IMG/VR virus record: IMGVR_UViG_3300023174_003073
Location: 64,001-128,000 of that record
Source: a virus
Reading direction: 5' to 3' (one strand)
DNA length: 64,000 nucleotides
The notes under the pieces are model-generated. The model was given only the letters and a program-made list of their open reading frames with translations. It did no database searches and had not been told where the DNA came from. Made by a program: the position numbers and the translations under genes. Below, piece by piece: positions 1-8,788 of this stretch; position 1 is the stretch's first letter, and the number at the start of each line of letters is the position of its first letter.

Positions 1-412
1 CTGAATTGAAATAATCTTCAATTACAGTACCATCTTCACGTAGATATGCTGTGCGAGTTTCATAACTACGACCAGTCCAACGACACTTGGTGCATTTATG
101 CGATGGTTCAGGTTCCTTATGTGGGGTGTGCCAACTATCTTCATCACCTAATTCATAAGTAACTTCATAGCCACCTTTACGGTCAGTCCACCAATCATCA
201 TATTGGCGATCCCATTCTAGTTCAACATCATTTTCCCAGGCATCATTGACAATTTCTTCAACGTCAATTTCACCTTCTTCAATTTGTTTAAGTTTTTCAA
301 CAATTTCATCTTCATCCAAATCAGGATAGATTTCGCTTAGAGTACTTTCATCAAGTTCAAGTGCAAATTGACTATCAACTGAATGCCATTCGTGTTTAAC
401 TAAAGTTACCAT
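1..412 (-). CDS. Acidic hypothetical protein, runs off the window start
   Basis: ATG at 412 preceded by AAGGAA; reads MVTLVKHEWHSVDSQFALELDE...; not in the ORF track because it is truncated. Confidence 0.7.
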   Translation of the reverse strand, partial: MVTLVKHEWHSVDSQFALELDESTLSEIYPDLDEDEIVEKLKQIEEGEIDVEEIVNDAWENDVELEWDRQYDDWWTDRKGGYEVTYELGDEDSWHTPHKEPEPSHKCTKCRWTGRSYETRTAYLREDGTVIEDYFNS

Positions 413-421
413 TTTTATTCC

Positions 422-712
422 TTACTTTTTAATAAAATAATCTGACCATTTGCCATTTGCAAACAACATAAACTTCTTGTACATTACCCCATCAACCTCA
501 ACTAATGTATATGTGTTGACATAGGTTTCATTAAGTAAATAAATGTTATCTGAATGTCTATATCCAAAATTATGTTCTTTAAGAACAGTCGCAACAGGTT
601 GTGGATTTACTTCAGCTGGACAATCAATAGGTGTAATTAACTTAGGATCAATCATATCCTCAGCATGTGCTATACCTACAAACAATGTTAGTAAAAGTAA
701 ATTACGTAGCAT
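422..712 (-). CDS. Small secreted/exported hypothetical protein
   Basis: N-terminal signal peptide MLRNLLLLTLFVGIAHA; AGGAG upstream. Confidence 0.65.
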   Translation of the reverse strand: MLRNLLLLTLFVGIAHAEDMIDPKLITPIDCPAEVNPQPVATVLKEHNFGYRHSDNIYLLNETYVNTYTLVEVDGVMYKKFMLFANGKWSDYFIKK

Positions 713-899
713 AATTTGGTTCTTCCTTTATTTTAATGCACTTTGCTTTAATTTTTAAATTAAAGAATTCGGGACTTTGTAATAGTTCATTTTTTCTATC
801 AATGCACAGTTGCTTTGAATTCATAGGACCCACATTGGTTTTTGAAATAAAATCCCCACCGGGACTAAACAGTGATACCATTAACATCCATTGAATCAT
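702..899 (-). CDS. Small hypothetical protein
   Basis: Overlaps both neighbours; two Cys. Confidence 0.55.
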   Translation of the reverse strand: MIQWMLMVSLFSPGGDFISKTNVGPMNSKQLCIDRKNELLQSPEFFNLKIKAKCIKIKEEPNYAT

Positions 900-1156
900 T
901 CTTCAACTCCGAAATGTTCTTGTAAATCTCGTCTAATGAACTTCACAGCATTGTCCCAAATATCATTACTACCACCTCGTTCAGCATCGTCCACAATGCT
1001 GATACATTCCCGAACAATCAACTCGGCGAACTTTTCTAACTGTAATTCACGTTGTTGCTTTGATACAGGATTATCTAAGAAGTCAACCGCATCTTTAGTT
1101 TCAACCAGTGCATCAAGTGTAGCCTGATTTAAAAGTTCTTTAATTCGTTCATTCAT
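896..1156 (-). CDS. Small phage protein (FAELIVREC...HFGVEE type)
   Basis: ATGA overlaps at both ends; paralog at 18455-18691. Confidence 0.7.
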   Translation of the reverse strand: MNERIKELLNQATLDALVETKDAVDFLDNPVSKQQRELQLEKFAELIVRECISIVDDAERGGSNDIWDNAVKFIRRDLQEHFGVEE

Positions 1157-2490
1157 TTATCATCCCTAAATCTAACAAATCGTGGGAAACGCAAACTATA
1201 CGTACCATCACGATTTTGAGTAATTACATCGCACATTATTTCAGCAGTTCTACCAATGATATGACTACTATTAGTCCAATACTCATCTCTATCACTATCG
1301 CTAAACCCACTACCAACATTGACGGTAATATCTTTCCCGTCATCTTGTCCGGCGCAAACCAGTGCGCCAAGTCGTCCTTGATTTCTTCCAGTACCTTCTT
1401 CAACACCTACAACCTCCAAGTCTACTGTAATCGTGGGCTTCCACTTCATCCAATCTGTACTGCGTTTGCAGACATATGGGGCATCTAAATTTTTAATCAT
1501 AATGCCTTCGAATCCTGCATTAACTTGATCCTTAGCATATCGCTCTAACTGATCCTTACCTGCGGCTGTGTCTAAGTCAACCATCAAGTGTGGTAACAAC
1601 TCAACATTGGGCATACTGTCAATGATTGGACGCATATCCTCTAAAATATTAATGCGTTTACTAAGTTGTGCGTTCCAATGACCTTCACGGAAAGCCGCTA
1701 ATGGTAGAATGTCAAAGACATTGAATACACTATCCTCTGCTTGTACATCAGTCTTACGGCGTGCTTGACGCATAAGTTCTTGGAATGTATTACCAATCAC
1801 TTCACCATCCATTACAAAGCCCAAACTTAAATTACTTGTTGCGGCCTGGCGTGTAAGTTTGTGAAAGTTCTCACGTATTTGATTTTCAATATGACCAAAA
1901 TTGTCAAACTGTTTACCATTGCGACTGAAACAAATAGTAACAACATTACCTTCTTCGTCAGGGATAGCCATCAACAACACACGAACACCATCCAACTTAG
2001 GTTCAAGGCGTTTGATGCCCTTCATCTCGGGACGACCTTCGCTGTTAGTTGCTAGTTGACAACCAAAGATTGGAATTTCGTAGTCAGTGCCTTTACAAAT
2101 TTTGTTGATGGTTTTATCACTGATACCTGCACGTAAGTCTCTACGCAACACAGGTGCACAAAATGTATTCCATTCTATACTATCAAAACGTTCAGCCATA
2201 TTTTGTACTGCATCCCGTGCCGCATGACCTGTCAACTTACGCTGACTAAGTTCTACCATCAACTCGTTAAAATCATCCCAGGGATTCTCAGCATCAACAA
2301 TACCCACAGTATCGGGCACTTGACGAATACCAAATGTAACATAGGGATTGTAACAGGCTTTGGTAAAGCCCAAGAAAATCTGACTATTGCGACTGCCTAG
2401 GACACTTGCCTCAAGCGCCTGCAAAATTACATCTTCTTTATGAAGGCGACTATCGCTCTCGTTTAATTTATTAATCCATGACGCACTCAT
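1153..2490 (-). CDS. lig: ATP-dependent DNA ligase (T4 gp30-like)
   Basis: Ligase motifs I EPKLDGVR, III DGEV, IV EGIMIK, V WMKWK, VI SLRFPRFVRFRDDK. Confidence 0.95.
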   Translation of the reverse strand: MSASWINKLNESDSRLHKEDVILQALEASVLGSRNSQIFLGFTKACYNPYVTFGIRQVPDTVGIVDAENPWDDFNELMVELSQRKLTGHAARDAVQNMAERFDSIEWNTFCAPVLRRDLRAGISDKTINKICKGTDYEIPIFGCQLATNSEGRPEMKGIKRLEPKLDGVRVLLMAIPDEEGNVVTICFSRNGKQFDNFGHIENQIRENFHKLTRQAATSNLSLGFVMDGEVIGNTFQELMRQARRKTDVQAEDSVFNVFDILPLAAFREGHWNAQLSKRINILEDMRPIIDSMPNVELLPHLMVDLDTAAGKDQLERYAKDQVNAGFEGIMIKNLDAPYVCKRSTDWMKWKPTITVDLEVVGVEEGTGRNQGRLGALVCAGQDDGKDITVNVGSGFSDSDRDEYWTNSSHIIGRTAEIMCDVITQNRDGTYSLRFPRFVRFRDDK

Positions 2491-2732
2491 TTGTCTTCCT
2501 CTTTCTCTAATTGTCTAGCAAATAACTCAAGTTGCTCAATCAAATTGTGGGCACCTTGTTGGTTCATAGTAAGTGTAGTATAACCTATTCTTAAAGTGAT
2601 ACGATTATCATCAGTTACACCAATGCTATAGTGCTCTTGTTCTTTTTTAGGTGGTTCAACATATGGTACCTTAGTTTCTGGAAATTGAAGTACATTGCTA
2701 TATTCACGTTTTTTAAAAAAATCAAATATCAT
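2487..2732 (-). CDS. Hypothetical protein
   Basis: ATGA overlap with ligase. Confidence 0.65.
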   Translation of the reverse strand: MIFDFFKKREYSNVLQFPETKVPYVEPPKKEQEHYSIGVTDDNRITLRIGYTTLTMNQQGAHNLIEQLELFARQLEKEEDK

Positions 2733-2735
2733 TGT

Positions 2736-2870
2736 TTATCCCCAAATACTGTGATATATTGCATAGAAAAATACAAACATGGTCATAAAGAAAAGCAAAG
2801 GTTGCAGTATGATAAACCATAAGAACATTATGATAAAATCCGGGTTTAAATATTTTAAATATTTTTTCAT
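2736..2870 (-). CDS. 44-aa membrane protein
   Basis: Manual translation MKKYLKYLNPDFIIMFLWFIILQPLLFFMTMFVFFYAIYHSIWG; GGAG upstream; below ORF-track cutoff. Confidence 0.5.
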   Translation of the reverse strand: MKKYLKYLNPDFIIMFLWFIILQPLLFFMTMFVFFYAIYHSIWG

Positions 2871-2961
2871 TATTACTCCAATATCAAAATAAGGAATGCC
2901 AAAAGCAATCCTAGCAAGGGTTCACCTACGAACACTAACAGTAGTACAGCGAGCCAAGCCA

Positions 2962-3096
2962 TTACTGTTCCTTGACTTGTTCTTGTACAATTGCTTTGGT
3001 TTTGTTTACACCGCTGTCAAGCAGTTTAGCAACACCACTGAATCCTACAGTAGCAATAACAATACCGAACAATGTACCAAAAAGAAACTCTCGCAT
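2962..3096 (-). CDS. Small single-TM protein
   Basis: Start MREFLFG at 3096 with AGGAG, directly downstream of the promoter at 3128-3156. Confidence 0.6.
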   Translation of the reverse strand: MREFLFGTLFGIVIATVGFSGVAKLLDSGVNKTKAIVQEQVKEQ

Positions 3097-3127
3097 AAAA
3101 ACTCCTGTGTGTGAAAATAATGATTGT

Positions 3128-3156
3128 AGTATACTATATAACGGATATATTGTCAA
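3128..3156 (-). promoter_or_regulatory. Sigma70-type early promoter
   Basis: TTGACA-17 bp-TATACT. Confidence 0.75.
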
Positions 3157-3911
3157 ATGACCTTTACCCGATTCAGTTTCGTACTGTTGTCACGGTGTGC
3201 TTTAACAGTACCCTGAATTGTATAAGTATCTCCTATTTCCAATCTGTCAATATGATTGTAAGCAAAAAATACTACTTGGTCTTCACTTGTGATACCTGTG
3301 AAATAACTTGTATTCCACTTTTGGCTGTAAACAGTTTTTAATACTTCAATACTAACTGTAATTTTGTCACCACTTGTACCAATGTATCCGCCGGTAGCAA
3401 ACTTAATGCGCTGGTCAACATTGCCTCGCTTAACACCACGCTCGTAGCTTGATGGTAAACTTGCAATTACTGCAATGTCATAATTACTATTAATTATATC
3501 ACGGTTGCTAATCAGCATAGCATTATTATCAAAATCATTTAGTTTAGTACCTTTAAGAATTTTGAATGTATATGCTTGAAAGTATTGACGAACCTTTTTA
3601 GCCTGCTCAATATCTTCTTCTAAGAGAAGTGCAGGGTCATGTAAAAATTGCAACATGATATCACGGTTGCGTAGTTTGGTACTAAGTACTTCACCAAACT
3701 CACCGATTTGATTTTGACCGTCTTTAATGTACTCACCATTGATACGTTGAGCCGCACAAGCCGCACCCCATACAGTATCGGCAATAAAATTCAATGCAGG
3801 CTGTTTAGGTTTGTTGCGATAGGTTCTTGTAGTCGGTGTATCATCATCCTCATGACCAAGACGTTGAATGTCACGACTAGACCAACCTGTAACATCTCTA
3901 AATCCACTCAT
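3153..3911 (-). CDS. Hypothetical protein, probable C-terminal OB-fold
   Basis: C-terminal beta-rich pattern (YIGTSGDKITV...IQGTVKAH...TKLNRVK) resembles an OB fold. Confidence 0.55.
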   Translation of the reverse strand: MSGFRDVTGWSSRDIQRLGHEDDDTPTTRTYRNKPKQPALNFIADTVWGAACAAQRINGEYIKDGQNQIGEFGEVLSTKLRNRDIMLQFLHDPALLLEEDIEQAKKVRQYFQAYTFKILKGTKLNDFDNNAMLISNRDIINSNYDIAVIASLPSSYERGVKRGNVDQRIKFATGGYIGTSGDKITVSIEVLKTVYSQKWNTSYFTGITSEDQVVFFAYNHIDRLEIGDTYTIQGTVKAHRDNSTKLNRVKVI

Positions 3912-3912
3912 A

Positions 3913-4185
3913 TTACATGCTCCAAAAAGATTCGCTAGAAGGAGAACAGAAATAAGGGGTATCGTAACGCTCCTGGTATGTCTTACCAGTCATCATGTTG
4001 CGTTTAGTAACCCAAGTTTCACGTGCCTCAACAATGAAACCCAACTTAGTTTTAGATTCAATCACCGCCTTGATGTAGGCTCTAGTAACCGGGGCAAATT
4101 CTTCTTTAGTAACCAGACGCTTACCGCCCTTAACACGTTTGTCAGATTTGTACAATTCCAATGTGTATTCAACTAGTGCAGACAT
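3913..4185 (-). CDS. Early hypothetical protein
   Basis: Start MSALV with AAAGGAG; downstream of promoter cassette. Confidence 0.7.
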   Translation of the reverse strand: MSALVEYTLELYKSDKRVKGGKRLVTKEEFAPVTRAYIKAVIESKTKLGFIVEARETWVTKRNMMTGKTYQERYDTPYFCSPSSESFWSM

Positions 4186-4214
4186 TTCAGCTCCTTTAAT
4201 CAATCAATACAAGT

Positions 4215-4243
4215 ATTATATACCCAAATCCATTTATTGTCAA
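4215..4243 (-). promoter_or_regulatory. Early promoter cassette, copy 1
   Basis: TTGACA ATAAATGGATTTGGGTA TATAAT (perfect consensus, 17-bp spacer). Confidence 0.9.
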
Positions 4244-4245
4244 CC

Positions 4246-4623
4246 TCAGGCCACTTGCTTGAAATAGCTATAGGGCAAGCCAAGTTCATGGCATAGATAT
4301 TCCCAGTCGCCATTGGCGTTGCTAGCATCCATGATCCACTTAAGCGCGGTCTCACGATTGCGAGCACCCATACATATAGTGTTGGTCACGTGCTGTTCAA
4401 ACTTAACAATAGCCTCTGCTTCGGAGGCTTTGCGATGGGCTTCCTCTTGTTCAATAATTCCACCCAGGTAATCAAACTCTGCTTGGAACTCAGCAAGAGT
4501 CCAGCCCGAGGTATCTACATGTCGGGGACGAAAACCATGAGCATCCTTGTACATATCCCAGAAGGTCTCACGGGCTTGTTCCAGCTCAGACATTTCTTCC
4601 CAAGATTTGAATTCGTTTGACAT
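4246..4623 (-). CDS. Early hypothetical protein
   Basis: DMYKDAHGFRPR motif typical of T4-like early ORFs; own promoter. Confidence 0.75.
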   Translation of the reverse strand: MSNEFKSWEEMSELEQARETFWDMYKDAHGFRPRHVDTSGWTLAEFQAEFDYLGGIIEQEEAHRKASEAEAIVKFEQHVTNTICMGARNRETALKWIMDASNANGDWEYLCHELGLPYSYFKQVA

Positions 4624-4655
4624 TTTGTTTCCTTTTCTTTACTGTCTAAGATTCT

Positions 4656-4684
4656 ATTATATACCCAAATCCATTTACTGTCAA
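4656..4684 (-). promoter_or_regulatory. Early promoter cassette, copy 2
   Basis: TTGACA GTAAATGGATTTGGGTA TATAAT. Confidence 0.9.
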
Positions 4685-4917
4685 GTTTTGGATTTCTCAG
4701 CACCGACGATTTCCCAGTGACTTCCGTCACATTTGACAAAAATCTTACGACCAAAAACTGTCACAAAACCATACTCACCGTCTTGATAGACGTTAACCGG
4801 ATCAGGGATAATGGTCACAGTACGGGGTGTCTCACAGTAATCCCAACGCCTAGTAGGAAGTTTGTTTTTGAAATACATGTAATTCTGACTACCTGTAACA
4901 AAAAGTTTTACCTTCAT
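4681..4917 (-). CDS. Early hypothetical protein
   Basis: GGGAG SD; own promoter. Confidence 0.7.
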   Translation of the reverse strand: MKVKLFVTGSQNYMYFKNKLPTRRWDYCETPRTVTIIPDPVNVYQDGEYGFVTVFGRKIFVKCDGSHWEIVGAEKSKT

Positions 4918-4948
4918 AACTATCTCCCTTTAATCAATCAATACAAGT

Positions 4949-4977
4949 ATTATATACCCAAACCGATTTATTGTCAA
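4949..4977 (-). promoter_or_regulatory. Early promoter cassette, copy 3
   Basis: TTGACA ATAAATCGGTTTGGGTA TATAAT. Confidence 0.9.
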
Positions 4978-5001
4978 GTTTTGGGTATGTAACATTAAGT
5001 A

Positions 5002-5274
5002 TTACTTTTGGTCACAGTATTCAAAGAGGATCCACTTAGCACGATTCAGTGCTTGGCGAACATCTTCGATAACCATGAAATCATAAGAACCACCGTTATC
5101 ATGGGCAATCATTTCCTGACAATCGGACATGATGCTAGCTGCCATCATAGCAGGACCGCTGTGACGAAAAGTAATACTTTGTTCTACAGCCTCACGCATT
5201 TCAATTTCGGTGACACCATACATACGAATTTCACGTTTTTGTTGTTCTGTCAGTTGGTCATAAATTGCAGTCAT
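5002..5274 (-). CDS. Early hypothetical protein
   Basis: AAAGGAG SD; own promoter. Confidence 0.7.
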   Translation of the reverse strand: MTAIYDQLTEQQKREIRMYGVTEIEMREAVEQSITFRHSGPAMMAASIMSDCQEMIAHDNGGSYDFMVIEDVRQALNRAKWILFEYCDQK

Positions 5275-5303
5275 ACAAGCTCCTTTAATTAATCAATACA
5301 TGT

Positions 5304-5332
5304 AGTATAGCACCAAACCCATTTATTGTCAA
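5304..5332 (-). promoter_or_regulatory. Early promoter cassette, copy 4
   Basis: TTGACA ATAAATGGGTTTGGTGC TATACT. Confidence 0.85.
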
Positions 5333-5340
5333 ATTTTGGG

Positions 5341-5374
5341 CAAAAAAAAGCCCCGACTAGCGGAGCTTCTTTTG
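5341..5374 (-). terminator. Rho-independent terminator
   Basis: AAGCUCCG-CUAGU-CGGGGCUU hairpin followed by a U run. Confidence 0.85.
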
Positions 5375-5386
5375 AAACTAAAAGTA

Positions 5387-5659
5387 TTACTTTTTAGTAG
5401 TGCCTTGATTTACAAAACTGTACATCTTTTCAGCAGTTTCCAAAATCTTGTCTAGACCTGGATGCTCGGGCATCTTAACTGTGCTAACAATTTGATTAGT
5501 CTTTGGATCACGTTCTGCTGTCATTTCCCAACCTGAAAATTTGACATGGAAGTCATCACTAATTAGATCCTTGGCCATTCCTAGAATGTCTGTGCGAATC
5601 TCGTAGCCGTTTTTATTGAATTTAACTTCTGGCATCTTTGGTGTTTCAAAATTTGACAT
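5387..5659 (-). CDS. Hypothetical protein
   Basis: Start MSNFETP with AAAGGAG; NGYEIRTDIL motif. Confidence 0.7.
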   Translation of the reverse strand: MSNFETPKMPEVKFNKNGYEIRTDILGMAKDLISDDFHVKFSGWEMTAERDPKTNQIVSTVKMPEHPGLDKILETAEKMYSFVNQGTTKK

Positions 5660-5738
5660 ATTTTTCTCCTTTAATGTGTGTATGTCTGTTGTGTTCCCTA
5701 TGAACACGATTGAAGTATATCACTGTTGCAATATACTA

Positions 5739-6320
5739 TCAATGCTTTTGGGTATTCTTAATACGGTCTTTGATTATATCAATGACTTTTTCACTAAGAA
5801 CTACCTCATAATGGTTGTAATCTATCTCAACTAACTCCATATCATCATGGTGTTTTTGACTTGCAATAGTTACTACTCCATCATTGGGTTCAACCATAAA
5901 AGGACTTTGTCCCTTTACAGTTACTATATTAGTCCATGGATGCTGTATCTTAATACGATTTGCCTGTTTCATTGCCCAACTACTAGGACCAATGTCTTTC
6001 ATCAATCTACTGAACGGTAGAAAGTACTTAGCATAGTCAGCAACCTCAGCACCACCATACGGGGTACTAAGTGTTACTGCGCCCAGTGTCTGTTTGGGTA
6101 ATGTGTTAGCCAAATGAATAGCATATATTCCACCTAAACTATGTCCGATGAAAAACATATCATTGACTGACGCTAATTGTTCAGTCATAGTTTTTAGGTT
6201 GTTTTCAAAACCATTTCTACTATCGTAGTTAACTACAATATCGTTACCACCTATATGTTCACGAATATGATTAAAACTTTCGCCGGTAGCACTGGCTCCA
6301 TGGATGTATACTAGTGTCAT
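5739..6320 (-). CDS. Alpha/beta-hydrolase (lipase/esterase-like)
   Basis: IHG oxyanion motif, GHSLGG nucleophile elbow, STPYGG, NDGVV Asp and NH His complete a triad. Confidence 0.9.
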   Translation of the reverse strand: MTLVYIHGASATGESFNHIREHIGGNDIVVNYDSRNGFENNLKTMTEQLASVNDMFFIGHSLGGIYAIHLANTLPKQTLGAVTLSTPYGGAEVADYAKYFLPFSRLMKDIGPSSWAMKQANRIKIQHPWTNIVTVKGQSPFMVEPNDGVVTIASQKHHDDMELVEIDYNHYEVVLSEKVIDIIKDRIKNTQKH

Positions 6321-6340
6321 AACTTTTATTTATTTGGATG

Positions 6341-6496
6341 TTAATAGTAGGACATTCTTCTGTGAAATTCAGCAGTAAGACGTTCAACGTCAGCCTCGCT
6401 CTGTGGATTGCGACTGACAATGTATTCTTCTAATCTGCTTGCATAACTTTCACTGAATTTACTAAAGCATCTCTCAATTTGCTTGAGGATCCACAT
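6341..6496 (-). CDS. 51-aa protein resembling DUF3563
   Basis: Manual translation MWILKQIERCFSKFSESYASRLEEYIVSRNPQSEADVERLTAEFHRRMSYY; resemblance recalled, not searched. Confidence 0.55.
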   Translation of the reverse strand: MWILKQIERCFSKFSESYASRLEEYIVSRNPQSEADVERLTAEFHRRMSYY

Positions 6497-6499
6497 AAA

Positions 6500-6763
6500 T
6501 TACTTAGTTTTCTTACTTGCAGCTTTTGTAGTGGTAAAAGAAGGTGTGAATGTTTCTGCAACTTCTTTAGCAAAATCTTTATTTGTCAACAAAGAATAGA
6601 ACCCAGTCATATTATCAAATAGTGCTTTGGTATATGCTGTCTCTGCGTCTACGAATTTGTTGATTGTGTCAGCAAGTGTTTCGTGTTTTACGAATGTGCT
6701 AACGATTTGCTTTTTGCCTGTTTGAACTGTGTCAATAGCGGTGTTGGTGATTGTATTAAACAT
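6500..6763 (-). CDS. Small amphipathic helical protein, phasin-like
   Basis: AGGAG SD; all-helical amphipathic pattern with basic tail; TAAATA at 6827-6832. Confidence 0.45.
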   Translation of the reverse strand: MFNTITNTAIDTVQTGKKQIVSTFVKHETLADTINKFVDAETAYTKALFDNMTGFYSLLTNKDFAKEVAETFTPSFTTTKAASKKTK

Positions 6764-7016
6764 TATATTCTCCTATGTGTATGTGTTTAAAGTTGGGTTT
6801 TTATACAGAACCCATAACTGCATTAATATTTATGCCTGACTCTGTTTCTCTCTAAACTTCTTCATTGCTAGTTGTCTAGCAAGAAACAATCTAAATTTAG
6901 CATGGTCTGATATATCATCGGTGTCAGACTCATGGTGTATAATCTTTGGACGACTATATCCACGATGTGCCACTATATCCGGACTAGATGAATCGTCATC
7001 ATCTTCGTCCTCTAAA

Positions 7017-7220
7017 TCACTTGGATTTTTTACTGGGACTTTTGGTGGCGTCTTTCTTGACCTTTTTATCTTTGCTATGGTCTTTCTTTTTAGCCAATTT
7101 CATTTTACTGTCTTTTTTAGCAGGCGCTTGTGTAGTAGTACCTGATGGAGTAGTTGATTGTTCTGCGGCAAATGCTGTTAATGCAAATGCGGTTATGATG
7201 ATTGCGATGAGTTGTTTCAT
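7017..7220 (-). CDS. Secreted Lys-rich small protein
   Basis: Signal peptide MKQLIAIIITAFALTAFA followed by a T/A/K low-complexity tail. Confidence 0.7.
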   Translation of the reverse strand: MKQLIAIIITAFALTAFAAEQSTTPSGTTTQAPAKKDSKMKLAKKKDHSKDKKVKKDATKSPSKKSK

Positions 7221-7279
7221 TTTAGTTTCCTTTGTTAAATGATTTATATATAACGCCTTAGGCATTAATTCCGTTGACA

Positions 7280-7456
7280 TTAGCCCCCACGACCTGCACG
7301 TCTTACTACACTAGCACCACCAAAACCTTTTGTATTAGCTTTGGGTCCTTGTTTCTTTGGTGCTTTTCCTAGTCCAGGATGAAGTTCGTTATTATTCTTT
7401 TTGGCTTCGTTAGCCATATTAATAAATGGGTTCTTGCTTTTCTTTTCTTCTGTCAT
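7280..7456 (-). CDS. 58-aa basic protein
   Basis: Manual translation MTEEKKSKNPFINMANEAKK...VRRAGRGG; ATGA overlap with upstream gene. Confidence 0.6.
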   Translation of the reverse strand: MTEEKKSKNPFINMANEAKKNNNELHPGLGKAPKKQGPKANTKGFGGASVVRRAGRGG

Positions 7457-7851
7457 TTTCTTACCTTTATGGATTTTAAGTAACTGTCCAAGTTCCCATA
7501 TAAGCTAACCATCATAGCAATTTTGCTATCATATAATCTTATATACGGTTTACTTTTCTTGCCTTCAACTTTATTTACACCTAGAAAGTAGGGGCAACGC
7601 ATTTTCTTCCCCAGGTCAATCATATAACCATGATATGTATCTTCAGTTTTGGGTGTGAACTCATACTGATAAAATTCTATTTGTGCTATACGAAAAGCAG
7701 TATCACCTACTGGATTTAATCTTAGTACATCACTACTAGTACTAGTAAACCACCAAGTTTTCATAGCATCTTCTTTTGATATCTCAAATCCTGTTGGCAA
7801 TTGATTTACAACTGCTTCGGTGACTATTTCTTTATATGAGGGTTTAGTCAT
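7453..7851 (-). CDS. Hypothetical protein
   Basis: Overlapping operon gene. Confidence 0.75.
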   Translation of the reverse strand: MTKPSYKEIVTEAVVNQLPTGFEISKEDAMKTWWFTSTSSDVLRLNPVGDTAFRIAQIEFYQYEFTPKTEDTYHGYMIDLGKKMRCPYFLGVNKVEGKKSKPYIRLYDSKIAMMVSLYGNLDSYLKSIKVRK

Positions 7852-8137
7852 CAGGATAAACTTTAGTACCGTTGTTCATAAACACGACACTGAATTTATC
7901 CGATTTAAATTGTGCGTTTAGTTTACGACACAGGTTTCTTGCATGACCAGGATTACTGAAACTGGTCTTTTTATATTTAGGAACACTTTCATTATCGTAG
8001 GCATGTTGTGCTTTTAGATTGATTGGTTGCCCGTCATAAAACACTGCCCATATACCAGCGGCTTCCACAATTTGGTCGCATTTATAAGTCGTTTTATCTA
8101 CGATTTCTAGTATAACTTTGGGTTGTGTTCTGCTCAT
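7844..8137 (-). CDS. Conserved phage hypothetical protein
   Basis: PKYKKTSFSNPGHA motif. Confidence 0.75.
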   Translation of the reverse strand: MSRTQPKVILEIVDKTTYKCDQIVEAAGIWAVFYDGQPINLKAQHAYDNESVPKYKKTSFSNPGHARNLCRKLNAQFKSDKFSVVFMNNGTKVYPDD

Positions 8138-8141
8138 TAAT

Positions 8142-8330
8142 TTACCATTTACCGCCCTGCATAACTACCTTAATAGTTTCGGGTTCTTTGTTATACTCAC
8201 GATTATCCAATAGAATTTTCATAATTTCATCACGCAATTCCTTGGCATCATTCAGTGTAAGTATAACTTCCCGTGCCTGACGTCCTTCTATGACCGTTAT
8301 TTTATCAATAAATTTTTTAATTTGGTTCAT
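8142..8330 (-). CDS. Hypothetical protein
   Basis: Tightly packed operon gene. Confidence 0.65.
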   Translation of the reverse strand: MNQIKKFIDKITVIEGRQAREVILTLNDAKELRDEIMKILLDNREYNKEPETIKVVMQGGKW

Positions 8331-8788
8331 AGTGTATTTATGCTACTATTTGCTTCGGCTTCTGTAGCAAACGGTCCTAGATAGTCATATCGCTGAACAA
8401 ATATGTATTTAGGGCAGAAAGTAGTGATATATTCAGCACCTGTCTTGATAGCAAACCATCCTGCAACAAAATAACACTTGCTCTTAGGGGCAGTGGTATA
8501 TAGGTGTAATTTACGCTTAACATCTAGTACACTGTTGTAGATTTTAGGTCTACTAGTTGGGAAAACTGCAAAGGGCGGGTTAGTGTCCTTGGGTTTGACC
8601 TTTGCGAGTTTCTCAAATTCTATATGCTTAAGTTTTTCAATAGCCTTGGTGCTATCATAGAGTTCAGTTTTGTTGTTGAGTTTAACTTTATATTCGCTAC
8701 CCTCTTGAATAACATTACCTACTTTTTTGTCACCATCAGTGACTACCCAATATTCACCTTTGATAATTGGTTTAGCTATTAGATTCAT
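8327..8788 (-). CDS. Hypothetical protein
   Basis: Overlapping operon gene. Confidence 0.75.
   Translation of the reverse strand: MNLIAKPIIKGEYWVVTDGDKKVGNVIQEGSEYKVKLNNKTELYDSTKAIEKLKHIEFEKLAKVKPKDTNPPFAVFPTSRPKIYNSVLDVKRKLHLYTTAPKSKCYFVAGWFAIKTGAEYITTFCPKYIFVQRYDYLGPFATEAEANSSINTL

Noticed and set aside
4190-5332. Regularly recurring repeats as a CRISPR array
   Set aside because: The repeats are promoter/RBS cassettes separated by 250-400 bp ORFs, not by 30-40 bp spacers; no cas genes.
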